Below, piece after piece: positions 1 through 10,850 of a DNA stretch of 64,000 bases. The position numbers and the translations under genes were made by a program. This DNA comes from Mobula hypostoma. Taxonomy: Eukaryota. The DNA lies in NCBI RefSeq assembly GCF_963921235.1, contig NC_086107.1, positions 99,884,001 to 99,948,000 on the forward strand. Direction: 5' to 3'. The notes under the pieces were generated by a model that worked only from the letters and a program-made list of their open reading frames with translations, searched no databases and was not told where the DNA came from. The first letter of the stretch is position 1. Every line of letters begins with the position of its first letter.

Positions 1-275
1 TTACATTAAAACGGAATATTCTTTTATCCTCGTGCAAGCCTTTGTGTTCTATTTGTTTCTACCTCCTCCTTTTGCAGGAGGCTACAGATGTTATTTGACT
101 CCTAGGCAAGGCTAGGGTTACCCAACACCAGCTTAGTAACCCATCCCATTTCCACCCACTAACCCGCTCTTTTAGAGTTCTCCTTTCTGGGCATCCACTA
201 GAATCAACACCCCCCCCCCCACCTCCCGGAGTCTTCCATACGCAGTTATGCCCCTCTCACATTTATTTCCCTTAC

Positions 276-366
276 CCTGAACAACCGTACGTTTTCGGAT
301 CTCACTGTCATGTACAGGGCCGTTTCTCTCTGACCCAGAGCTCAGTCTCTGGAGTTCACTGAAAAC
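276..366 (-). CDS. HMOX1: HMOX1 exon 4b
   Basis: tttgcag|GTT TTC AGT GAA...CAG G|gtaagg; 91 bp; [30 protein letters not shown]; phase-1 end as in canonical HMOX1 exon 4. Confidence 0.9.
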
Positions 367-3300
367 CTGCAAAGAGAAATGAAGAGATGTTTTTATTCCA
401 AAGGATGCACAGCAGCTGCCACTTGGGGGGGGGGGGTGGTTAAAGGAAAGGTGGGAAGGAACTCAATCGATGTGAGATAGTCCGAAAAGGCTGGGCTCCA
501 ATCCCCAAAGAGGTTTGGAGCAGCTGATCTTTAAAATAAGTAAAAGGAATACAATTGACCATTATTCTTCAAATTGGCAGGAAATATTCCATCACCTGAC
601 TGCCGGGAAGCTATGGTTAAATATCTTGATGGCTGGGCTCATGCAAGCCTGGTCACTGGAGTGAACCTTTAGCTGGGTGGCAGCTTTCCTACCTCTGAAT
701 CCAAGTTGCAGTGGTGGAACTCCCTTCTGGAAGGTCTTAGTGAGAGGAGTACTGAGCTGGATGTCTTGGTGAATGGAGGAATGAGTTGGAGTTCTGGACT
801 AGCTAATTGGACACTTTGGCTTGATAAGTTGACTTGAGCTGGGTAGCAGCATACACACCTCTGAATGAAAGGAGCAGTGGTGGAACTCCCTTCTGGAAGG
901 TCTTAGCAAGTGGAGGATGGGTAGGACTTCTGGACCAGCTAAATGGATACAATGGTTTGATAAATTCACTGCATCCTCTCTGCACTGTATGTGAGAGACC
1001 ACACAACATCTTCCCATACCATCAAAAAAAAAGTTTAAATAATAACAAAAACTGAAAAAGAAACTCAGTAGGTCAGTCAAATCTTCATGTCTGTGACTCT
1101 TTCCCAGAAATGTTGATATTTCAGATTTCCACCATCTGTAGTTTTTTTTTGCATCTGTAATTATTTTCAGAATAACTTAGTTGTCGGTTAGAATGGAGGT
1201 GGTGCAGAGAGGATTTGTGACATGTTCCATCACTGTATTAGTCAGATTGAGGTTACATCCTCTGCAGGGTTTGAAAAAAAGTAGAACATACGGATATGAA
1301 CAGAACCACCACTGCACACTGCCAGTCTTAAATGATTTGCTGACCCACAAAGCGTACAAATTTAACCAGAAACTGTGGTTACTGGTTTTGTAGCATTCAG
1401 CATGTCTTACCTCCACGTTCAGCTGAAAGGCCCGATTTGCCTCTTCCAGGATCCTTTGCTGCGTCTCTCCGACGGCTTCCAGCGTGTTCATGCGCGAGCG
1501 GTACAGCTGCTTGAACTTGTTTGCGCTGGTGATGCGGTCAAAGGTGAAGAAGGCGCTCCCCTCGCCCGTGCTCGGCAGCTGCAAAGCTTTCTGGGCCACC
1601 TTCTTCAGCACCTGCCCCCCCGACAGGTCACCCAGGTACCTGATGTAGGCGTGAGCGACCAGCAGCTCGGGCTCCTCGCGCCCCACGTGCTGGATCCGCC
1701 TCACGTATTTCTCAGTGGCCTTCGGACACTTAATGTGGCTCCTCCACTCCGGCCCATGGAAGCATTCCAGGTCCTTCTCCAAGGCTTCCTTCCGATTCAG
1801 TTCAGAGGGAAAGTAGACGGGGGCGAAGGCCGGGTGGTCCTTGTTCCGCTCGCTCTCCTCTTCCAGGGCAGTGTAGATGAAGTACAGAGAGTCCAGTAAC
1901 AGCTGGAGTGGGGAGGGAAGCAAATGGCTGGTGAGCAAGGTTTATCTCATGACTGGAGCATCAACACAGGAGGGGACGGAGGGAGAGGGTAGAGCAGACA
2001 TTGGCTCGTCTCAGTGAGCTTGTCAGCAAGATGATGATACTGAAGGGGAAGGTAGAAAAAGAACTCCCATGGTTCTGAGTGCATTGGAGAGATACGAGAG
2101 CCAGGTTTCCAACCTACATTGAAAGAGCGCTCGTTCGAGGAGCATTTGTCTTACCACCCAAGGCAAGAAAGCAGCAAGACCAACTGAACTCCCCGCTTCC
2201 AGCTTGGTAACGATAGGGAAGAGAGATGTGGGAAGGATGGAAAAGAGGAGGGATGGGCCAAGTGCAGGCCAAATAATGAAGAAAATATGAAACAGGATAT
2301 TCAATTACAGTCCAACTTCAAACTGAAAGGATGGTACATTCTTGCATCCTTACCGTAAATTGATCTTTGGTGACCTGGCCCTTCTGGAAGTTCCTCATAA
2401 ACTGAGAGTTCTCGGCCAATTCATGGGACTCCTTTGTGGCCAGCTTCAGGGCTTCTGACAGGTCACTGGGCACGCTGAAGGAAGAAGTCAAAAGGGAATT
2501 AGTTTGGACGAGTCCAGTGTTAGTTCAGTCTCCACAGACCAACTCCTCGGTTCAAACAGACCCATCTCCAAAATACATGCACAATTCCTGATTAGTTCTT
2601 TCAACCAAGAGCTTTATGGAGGGAAATAGAAACTCTTTCAGCTGTGAAAAGCAAGCCCTTCCCCAGTGTACACTTCAGGTTCACTGCTCAGTGTTTTCAA
2701 GCCCAGAGTTCAATTACGCCTCTGGTTCAACCCAGGGCAATCTGGTGTCTCGTGCTATACTATCCTCCCCAGTCCATGACAGGGAATTAATTCCCTCTGC
2801 CTATCCCAACCCAGAGCAGTGCGGGCACCCACCTTCCCTGTCAGCTCGCTCTCCAACCCAGGATATTGTATTAGATTATAACCCCTACCCACTTCCTCTC
2901 CAACTCACATTGCAGTAGCTCAGTCACCTGCTGCTTGGCCACCTCGCTACCAGGAAATGCTGGGTTTACCAACATTAAACCCCAAAGTGTGGCTAGTGTG
3001 GAATGGGGATGGACTGCTGTATAGCAGATATCAATTTGAGGACGGCAATCTGATCCATGGGGCCTGCAATGCATGAAGAGCACTTTGATCTAAATCTGTA
3101 TCGGGACATTTTTAAGTGACTAATTTGGGTTTGGATTGAGGAAGCTCTTCCTCATCCATCTTGTGTGCTTCCCGAGTCCAACAGGTTTGTTGTCATTGTG
3201 CTCCAGTTGGCCAAAGGACAGAGAACGAGTGATATTTGTACAGTACTATGCAAAAGTCTTGGGCATATATAGGTAAAGTACCCAAAACTTTTGCACAGTA

Positions 3301-6300
3301 CTGTGGTAATTTTATGTATTGCACTGTACTGCTGCTGTAGACAAAGAGAAAATAAATTTCATGACATCTGAGTGATGATAAACCCAACTTTGATATGGGT
3401 CTCTGTGGCGGACTGAGAGTGGGAAGGGGGCAGGGAGAGGGGAAATCATGGTTGGGAAAAGGGGAAGGGAGCAGGAAGCACCAGAGAGACATTCTGTAAT
3501 GATCAATAAACCAATTGTTTGGAATCAATTAAGCTTGCCAGATGTCTCGGGGTTGGGCGTGTCTGGACTTGTGCCAACCTCTGTCCCCGGCACTCCTTCT
3601 CCACCACCTGCCCACAACCCTTCCGTGGCACTCCACCCTCGCCATTCCCATCATCCCTTGCTCCCACCAGATATACAAACTTGCTCTCCGCTCCAGGTTG
3701 ACAAATCTAGTACTGTGCAAAAGTCTTTGGCATCCGAGCTAAGACTTTTGTACAGAACCATACTTATCAGCTCAGTTGTTAAACTGTCTTTATGGTATCC
3801 TGTTCACTTTCCTTTTTGTTTTTGGCGCGTGCATGCGTGTGCGATGTTGGTGAGATGATGTCTTTTTCATGCCTTTACAAGGCGCGGAGCAAGAGAGAGA
3901 CTGTGTGGATGGCCACTCCTCACACAGACATTTCGCAGTATTTTTCCCTTTATCTTACGAGGTCGAGTTGCGATCCCGACACTCAACCCGGCACGGATGG
4001 AAAGTGTACTCGGGAGCGGCCCTGACCGGGTTCGAACCCGGGATCCTCCGTTCCAGAGTCCAGCGCTGATGTCATTGCGCCACCAGCCGGCCCCTGCCCA
4101 CTTTCTCAACTAATCACATCCATCACATGTTCCCCAACCCAATATTCTGCTGGGTCACTAACTGTAACACCCCCCCCAATTAAATACTGAAGGAGTGGCA
4201 CATTTTTTGGCTTAGGAAGCTGGAGCATCTCTCTGCATGTAACTGTGTTACAAACTGCAAGTGTCTTACCTGCCATTCAGGAGGTTGCTGTTCTTCTGGT
4301 CTTGAGCTCCCAGCTGCAGCAACTCGTCGAAAACCTGCAGTGTGGAAATAAATTGAGGTAGTTTGAGACCAAGACTGAAGTACAGACAAGCCTCAAGGAC
4401 CAGGCCAAACATAAACCCTCAGTATGAAGCTAGTGAGCTATTCGTACCAAGGACGAACAACTTTCCTACTAAGGCTGAAGATGCAGCAGAAACAAATCCA
4501 AACAACCTTTGATAATATTAAAAACACCCAGTGAAATACTCGACCAGGACCTCTCCCTTACCTCCACATTCAGCTGAAAGGCCCGATTTGCCTCTTCCAG
4601 GATCCTTTGCTGTGTCTCTCCGACGGCTTCCAGCGTGTTCATGCGCGAGCGGTACAGCTGCTTGAACTTGTTCGCGCTGGTGATGCGGTCAAAGGTGAAG
4701 AAGGCGCTCCCCTCGCCCGTGCTCGGTAGCTGCAAAGCTTTCTGGGCCACCTTCTTCAGCACCTGCCCCCCCGACAGGTCACCCAGGTACCTGATGTAGG
4801 CGTGAGCGACCAGCAGCTCGGGCTCCTCGCGCCCCACGTGCTGGATCCGCCTCACGTATTTCTCAGTGGCCTTCGGACACTTAATGTGGCTCCTCCACTC
4901 CGGCCCATGGAAGTATTCCAGGTCCTTCTCCAAGGCTTCCTTCCGATCCAGTTCGGAGGGAAAGTAGACGGGGGCGAAGGCCGGGTGGTCCTTGTTCCGC
5001 TCGCTCTCCTCTTCCAGGGCAGTGTAGATGAAGTACAGAGAGTCCAGTAACAGCTGGAGTGGGGAGAGAAGTGAAAGTCTGATAAGCAAGCTTGACTCAC
5101 TATTGAAACAATGAGGCACATGGGGAGAGAGAATGAGGGTGGATGAATAAGATGACTCAGGGTGAGGAGGTATGGGAACTGACTGTAGGGAGCATAATAT
5201 TAAAGAGGGCACAGGGACAAAGAAGGGTGGGGTCAGCGAGTTCTTAGATATCAGATTCTGCCTTCTTTCCAAGCTTTACAAAGGAAACACTACATTATCT
5301 CAGTTGAAATAGAATCCATACAGTTTCCATGGGAACCTGGCCCAATATTTGTTGCTCAATCAACATCACAAGGATAGAAAATCTTATCTATGACGTGGAT
5401 CATGCCTCTGTCAAATTGGCTGCCTTTTTTCCCCACATTACTACAGACTCCATATCAGAAGTGTCTCTGCAGTGAGGGACTGGGTTGAGAGAACAGGTTA
5501 CACAAATTGGGCGTATTTGCTGAAGGCAGGAGATTGGGAGATCACACCGTAGTACTTCGAAGAAAGTAAAGCAGTGTTGGCCCTGACCAGATCTTTCACC
5601 TTGTCCTTAGAAGCTGACTGAAAGGTTATGGCCTACATTTGAAGGGAGACCGTCAAAACTAGTAGGAATAACACTGAGCAGAGGACTATCCACATTTGGG
5701 GTTCTACTGACCTGGTGCCTGGATTCTGAAGAACACTTTGGAGATTGGTTGGAGTGGTTAATAAAGAACTCTGTTACTGTGTGTGATTGCCTCAGAAAGC
5801 AAGTTTGGTGGATCTTAATCTTTCCTGCACTCCCTTTTAAAACGCTCTAAATATGTTGATTCCCTCATTGATTACGAAGCTTGAGATAAACTCTGGAAAC
5901 AGAGGTAAAGTGTGACACATAGAAACGATTAAAAGAAAGATTCACATTATCAGTTGGAGGTACAGAAGAGTAGGGTTTCAATTACTGGATTGGTAGTCAA
6001 AGGTCTGAACCACGACTTAGATTCCCAGCAGAACAACTAGCAAGTTTAAACTCAAACAATTAAACTCAAAATAAAAAAAAACTATGCTGATGATCAGAAT
6101 CGGGTTTAATGTCACCAGCACATGTCGTGAAATTTGTTGTCATTGCAGCAGCAGTACAATGCAATATATAATGGGAAAAAATAATTGAAGTAAATATGTA
6201 TACATTTTTATTGATATAAATTAGTTACATTAAATAAGTAGTGCAACAATAGAAGTAAAATTGTAGTGAAGTGGTGTTCATGGGTTTGATGGCTATTCAG

Positions 6301-9300
6301 AAATTGGATGGCAGAGGGGAAGAAGCAGTTTCTGAATTGTTGAGTATGTGCCTTCAGGCTCCTGTACCTGGTAGCAATGAGAACAAGGCATGCTGATCAA
6401 TCCACCAGGGTCATGCTGTCCTTTAGGGACAGAAACCTGCCTTCTTTACTCTATCTAGCCTACATGTGACTCCAGACCCCTCAACGTAATCTCACACCTC
6501 CTGAAACAGCCTAACAAGCATTCAAGTTGAGGGAGATCAGTTATGCCAATGATTTCTGAATTTAGAAAACCAATTAAAACAACAGTAATTTCTTGTAAAG
6601 ATTGACCATGGTGAGCTGGGTAATGTCCTCATTTCAAATGATTGGAGTGCTCCACAATCAAGTGCACAATATGTTCCTTAATTGCTGATAAGATTTGCCA
6701 GGCTCTTTAAAGCCATAAAATCTCCTCCCCTTCAGCACAGACTGAGGTTGCCCAGTATAACACCTGTTGTTTTGTAGGTGCCCGACTCCCGATTGGGAAA
6801 CTCAATGTTGTGACCAGTGTTGTGCAACTGAGCAAAACTGACAGGGCAGCTGTAAAACAACACACTTCACGTTATCCAAGTCAGCAATTGTAAATCTGAT
6901 TCTGAAATTCTGTAATCTGTCAGGTTCCAGACTTGTTGCAGTAGATGAGACTGGGCTGGCTAACTCATCCGTAGGTGAGACAAATGAAGACTTGTCTTTT
7001 TCAAGTCTGTGTGAAGAATTATCTCAAGATTCAATTTTATTAAAGGGCAGTGGGTTTCTCCATGGAACCCATAGCTATATTTATAAACACAAGAGTCTGC
7101 ACTAAATGCTGGAGGAACTCAGCAGGTCAGGCAGCATCTATGGAAAAAGAGTAAACAGCTGACATATTGGGCTGAGACCCTTCACCAGGACTGAGAAGAA
7201 AGGGGCAAGATGTCTGAATTAAAGTGTGGAGGGGGAGAGGAGAAAGAGGCTAGCTGGAAGGTGATAGGTGAAGGGCTGGAGAAGAAAGAATCTCATAGGA
7301 GGGTGGAATGTACTTCAGCACTAACAAGCTATTTGCTGTGCACAAGTATTTCCTACATAATAAACGTAACTATCTTTCACCTAGTGCTTAACAGCCAACT
7401 AAATGCTATGGAGGTTGTGAAAGAAGCAGTAAAAGTGATCCTTCCTTACATGTGCAGATGTATGGCTCTGGCCTGATGTCTATACCCAAAGCCTTGCCTA
7501 TCTCACAGGTTCCAGGTCTCACTGCCTCCCACCAATTCCCTAATCACCATCTTCCCCAAGGCCATGGTCAGTGAACTTCATCTACTTGTGGAGACACAGT
7601 GTGGAACAGGCCCTTTCAGCTTCGCTGCCAGCAATCCCCGATTTAACCCTCGCCTGATCACGGGACAACTTACAATGACCAACTAACCTGCCAACCGGTT
7701 CGTCTTTGGACTGTGGGAGGAAACCGGAGCACCCGGAGGAAACCCCACGAGGTCACGAGGAGAATGTACAAACTCCTTATGGACAGTGGCAGGATTGTAC
7801 CTCATTTTGTAAGCCACCTCAAAGATTATAATCTTCTGGTACATTGCAGTATGACAACAGGGAATCTGTGCTCATTCCTCTTAGATTGGGAAGGTTAAGG
7901 GGAAATTTAACAGGGGTATTCGTAAATGAGTTTAAACAGACTCGAGGTTGGTAACCAATGGACACAGATGGAGGATAATTGATAAAACAGCAGAGGAGAT
8001 GAATTCAGTTCAGATATATAATGAAAGACATTATTAATAACTGTGATAACTATTCGAAGAGAAAACATTTATAGGGCTTGGAAGAAGAAAATGATGGAAT
8101 CTAACTGGATAGCTCCTTTGAAGAGCCAACATGGACATGAAGGACCAAAAGATCTCCTTCAGCAGTGAAAGATCCACGATTTTATTGCTGGGACAACTAT
8201 TGAAATATGGATAAGTAGCGCAAAGATAGATGATTTCGAGAAGTTCTCAAGCATAGTTCCATCCCACTTAACCCCCATGTATACTAGGTTGACCAAATTG
8301 TCAAAGGTAGATGCTTACTGTAAACTGATCCCTTGTGACTTGACCCTTCTGGAAGTTTCTCATAAATTCGGAGTTTTCAGCAAGTTCGTGTGACTCCTTT
8401 GTGGCCAACTTCAGAGCCTCTGATAAGTCGGTGGGCATGCTAGGACAAAGAGGTCAAATTGGGTCAAGTACAGCAGTACACAGGGAGTTTTCCGAGTTAA
8501 ACACATCCTGGGGCAGGACAGGAGGAGTTAATCAGGTTGAATACGTGCCCCATTCCTGTTCTAACTCCTGGGTTGCCTCACATCTGGTTCCCAACCCCCA
8601 CTCTAACTCCCAGTTTCAATCCCATCCCCATGCTCTAACACCGGGGTTTCCCCCATTCCTGGGCTCACACACTCCTTCTGTAACTCCTGGCTTCCACCCC
8701 CCACACTCCATCTCCTGGGTTAACCCCCCTCCTCACTGTTCCATTCTCTGGGTTACCCCCCATCACCACCATTCCATCCCCTGGGTCAACCCCCATCACC
8801 CCCTCACTCCATCTCCTGGGTCACCCTCATCACCAAAACTCCACCCCCTGGGTCACCCCCCATCACCCCCTCACTCCATCCCCTGGGTCACCCCCCCATC
8901 ACCAAAACTCAATGCCCTGGGTCACCTCCCATCACCATCACTCCATCCCCTGGGTCACCCCCCATCACCAAAACTTCATCCCCTGGGTCACCCCCCCATC
9001 ACCATCACTCCATCCCCTGGGTCACCCCCCCATCACCAAAACTCCATCCACTGGGTCACCCCCCCCCCATCAACATCACTCCATCTCCTGGGTTAACCCC
9101 TCCTCACTGTTCCATTCTCTGGGTTACCCCCCATCACTGCCACTCCATCCCCTGGGTCACCCTCCCCATCAACATCACTCCATCCCCTGGGTCACCCCCC
9201 CCATCACCCCCTCACTCCATCCCCTGGGTCACCCCCCCATCACCACCACTCCATCCCCTGGGTCACCCCCCCCATCACCACCACTCCATCCCCTGGGTCA

Positions 9301-9772
9301 CCCTCCCCATCAACATCAGTCCATCCCCTGGGTCACCCCCCCATCACCCCCTCACTCCATCCCCTGGGTCACCCCCCCCATCACCACCACCCCATCACCA
9401 TCACTCCATCCCCGGGGTCACCCCCCCCATTACCACCACTCCATCCCCTGGGTCACCCCCCCCATCACCCCCTCACTCCATCTCCTGGGTTAACACCCTC
9501 CTCACTGTTCCATTCTCTGGGTGACCCCCCCCCCCCGTGCTCCATCTCCTAGGTTAATTCCCCCCCCCAACCACTACGATTCCTGGGTCCCCCCTCCCCA
9601 CAACAAATCTTCGGCTACTACTCCCGGTTCCAACCCTCTGCTCTAACTCCTGGCTCTGCCCAGTTCCCCATCTGCTCGGAAGCTCGGATCACTTTTCCCT
9701 CTAACTCTTCACGCCCCCAATTCCAGCTTCAGTCTTGGGTCGTGCTGCTCTCTCCTACCTTTCAGTATCCAT
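276..9772 (-). CDS. HMOX1: Heme oxygenase 1-like gene with internally duplicated catalytic domain; coding exons 9759-9772, 8319-8439, 4562-5053, 4270-4334, 2354-2474, 1411-1902, 276-366; terminal exon expected beyond the left edge
   Basis: All introns are GT-AG with consistent phases (2,0,0,2,0,0,1), giving 1396 nt of open frame. There are two copies each of the ATKESH proximal-His motif and [17 protein letters not shown]. Exon sizes 121 and 492 match vertebrate HMOX1 exons 2 and 3. No HMOX2-type CP motif in exon 4b. Confidence 0.85.
1411..1902 (-). CDS. HMOX1: HMOX1 exon 3b (domain 2 catalytic core)
   Basis: ctccag|CTG TTA...GTG GAG|gtaaga; 492 bp; lies within ORF 1177..1938. Confidence 0.96.
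2354..2474 (-). CDS. HMOX1: HMOX1 exon 2b (domain 2 N-terminus, proximal heme His)
   Basis: ccttcag|C GTG CCC...TTT ACG|gtaagg; 121 bp; [40 protein letters not shown]. Confidence 0.95.
3805..4095 (-). mobile_element. tRNA-derived SINE
   Basis: Minus strand begins GGGGCCGGCTGGTGGCGCAATG (A box) ... GGGTTCGAACCC (B box). Confidence 0.75.
4270..4334 (-). CDS. HMOX1: HMOX1 exon 4a (shortened exon 4 homolog, inter-domain linker)
   Basis: ctgcag|GTT TTC GAC GAG...GGC AG|gtaaga; 65 bp; [21 protein letters not shown]; ends in phase 2. Confidence 0.88.
4562..5053 (-). CDS. HMOX1: HMOX1 exon 3a (domain 1 catalytic core)
   Basis: ctccag|CTG TTA...GTG GAG|gtaagg; 492 bp; lies within ORF 4469..5272; carries [15 protein letters not shown]. 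Confidence 0.96.
8319..8439 (-). CDS. HMOX1: HMOX1 exon 2a (domain 1 N-terminus, proximal heme His)
   Basis: cctag|C ATG CCC...TTT ACA|gtaag; 121 bp; [40 protein letters not shown]. Confidence 0.95.
8700..9545. repeat. C-rich minisatellite (about 36-38 bp unit, ccatcccctgggtcacccccccatcacc...) in HMOX1 intron 1
   Basis: About 20 imperfect tandem copies are directly visible; they explain the Pro/His-rich spurious ORFs. Confidence 0.95.
9759..9772 (-). CDS. HMOX1: HMOX1 coding exon 1 (MDTE-S)
   Basis: ccccATGGATACTGAAAG|gtagga: good Kozak context, phase-2 donor like vertebrate HMOX1 exon 1, TATA-like element about 85 nt upstream. Confidence 0.75.
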
Positions 9773-9829
9773 GGGGAGCGCCTTCTCCTCTTGATCTTTT
9801 CCCCCCTCGATGCTTCTGATTTTCGGACT

Positions 9830-9935
9830 GCTGGAAGCGGGCAGCTTCACTCTCTTTTATCTCTCGTTCGGGTTCAGTGACGTGCCGAGGGGTTGTCTTT
9901 GTGGCCAGGTCCCTCCCACCATTCACATGACGGTG
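9830..9935 (-). promoter_or_regulatory. HMOX1 proximal promoter
   Basis: On the minus strand: GATAAAA TATA-like (9855-9861), CACGTCAC (9877-9884) and GTCATGTGA E-box (9923-9931) in a CpG-enriched stretch just upstream of exon 1. Confidence 0.6.
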
Positions 9936-10449
9936 CCCGCACAATGAGGCCGCCCTGCAAGCCGGTTGACTCCATTTCCTCACGGACTGTCCGCTGCTCC
10001 CCACTACTGCTCCTCTGTGGCTCTAAGTGAGCCGCCCAACTCAGGCAGGCTGGGGTAGTGCAAACAACAGAGTCAGCATCGGCAGAACTCTGCCCGGGGT
10101 TTAACCCCTTGGTTGCTGTTTACAGAGCATCAAGATGAGGAGTCTGTGGAAAGTCACGCTGGGGCTCAGGAAGCAAGATGGAGCTTGCAGTTATATCAGG
10201 ACGTGAGACATTTCACGCCCACTGAGGTTTTCTTGCAGTGCAGTCAATCTACGAGCGGCCAAATTCCTCATGGAGCAAGTACTTTTGTGATACTGATTAC
10301 AAGCTGGTGCGCAGAGAACTCTCCTTTCTCTGAAACAGTCCCCCAAGACCTTTTGCACACAGAAAATGCCTGGGACCTGTTTCCCATCAACAAATGGCAC
10401 CTCTGATAGTGACACAAGCCCTCGGGCAGAAAAGTTGTCTGCAGAGTAA

Positions 10450-10850
10450 AGCCCAATTTATACTTCTGCGTCAAATATACGCGTACCCTATGCCATACCC
10501 TACGCCGTAGGGTGACGTGCACCTCCCCAAAAATGTAACACACGTCGTGGCGACACAGACCGCAACAACTGTGATTGGTTCGCTTGGTAGCGTCGCATTT
10601 CCCGTTGCTGTTCTCCGCCATGTCCGTACACTGATGCGAAATAAATGGTTGGAGACGATGAACCAAATCGTCAAATCTACCTGCTGACATCCGAAAATAT
10701 TTGAAATGCATTTCCCTGTCCATGTCTCTCACGAAGAAACTCAACACAGTGGCATAGCAACCCCACCGCCAACTAGCGTTTTGGCGGTGAATTGCAGAGC
10801 GACGCATGCTTGCTACGGCGTAGCCCGTACGCACAAGTATAAATCAGCCT
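10450..10850 (-). mobile_element. PIF/Harbinger non-autonomous element
   Basis: Terminal inverted repeats AGCCCAATTTATACTTCTGCG / CGCACAAGTATAAATCAGCCT; internal remnant [16 protein letters not shown] resembles the Harbinger transposase N-terminus. Confidence 0.75.

Noticed and set aside
670..910. 33-bp direct repeat containing CCCTTCTGGAAG, also found in exon 2
   Set aside because: The match to exon 2 is only 12 nt with no frame or splice support; treated as a local intronic duplication.
1375..1899. 174-aa plus-strand ORF
   Set aside because: Antisense shadow of GC-rich HMOX1 exon 3b.
276..5053. Two independent tandem HMOX genes, or an assembly false duplication
   Set aside because: No intact terminal exon or second first exon was seen in 2475-4269, and exon 4a's phase fits exon 2b. 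The introns and exons 2 and 4 are strongly diverged, so it is not an artefactual copy. Not fully excluded without transcript data.
8401..9493. Pro/His-rich ORFs of 231 and 193 aa
   Set aside because: Translations of the C-rich minisatellite, antisense to HMOX1 intron 1.
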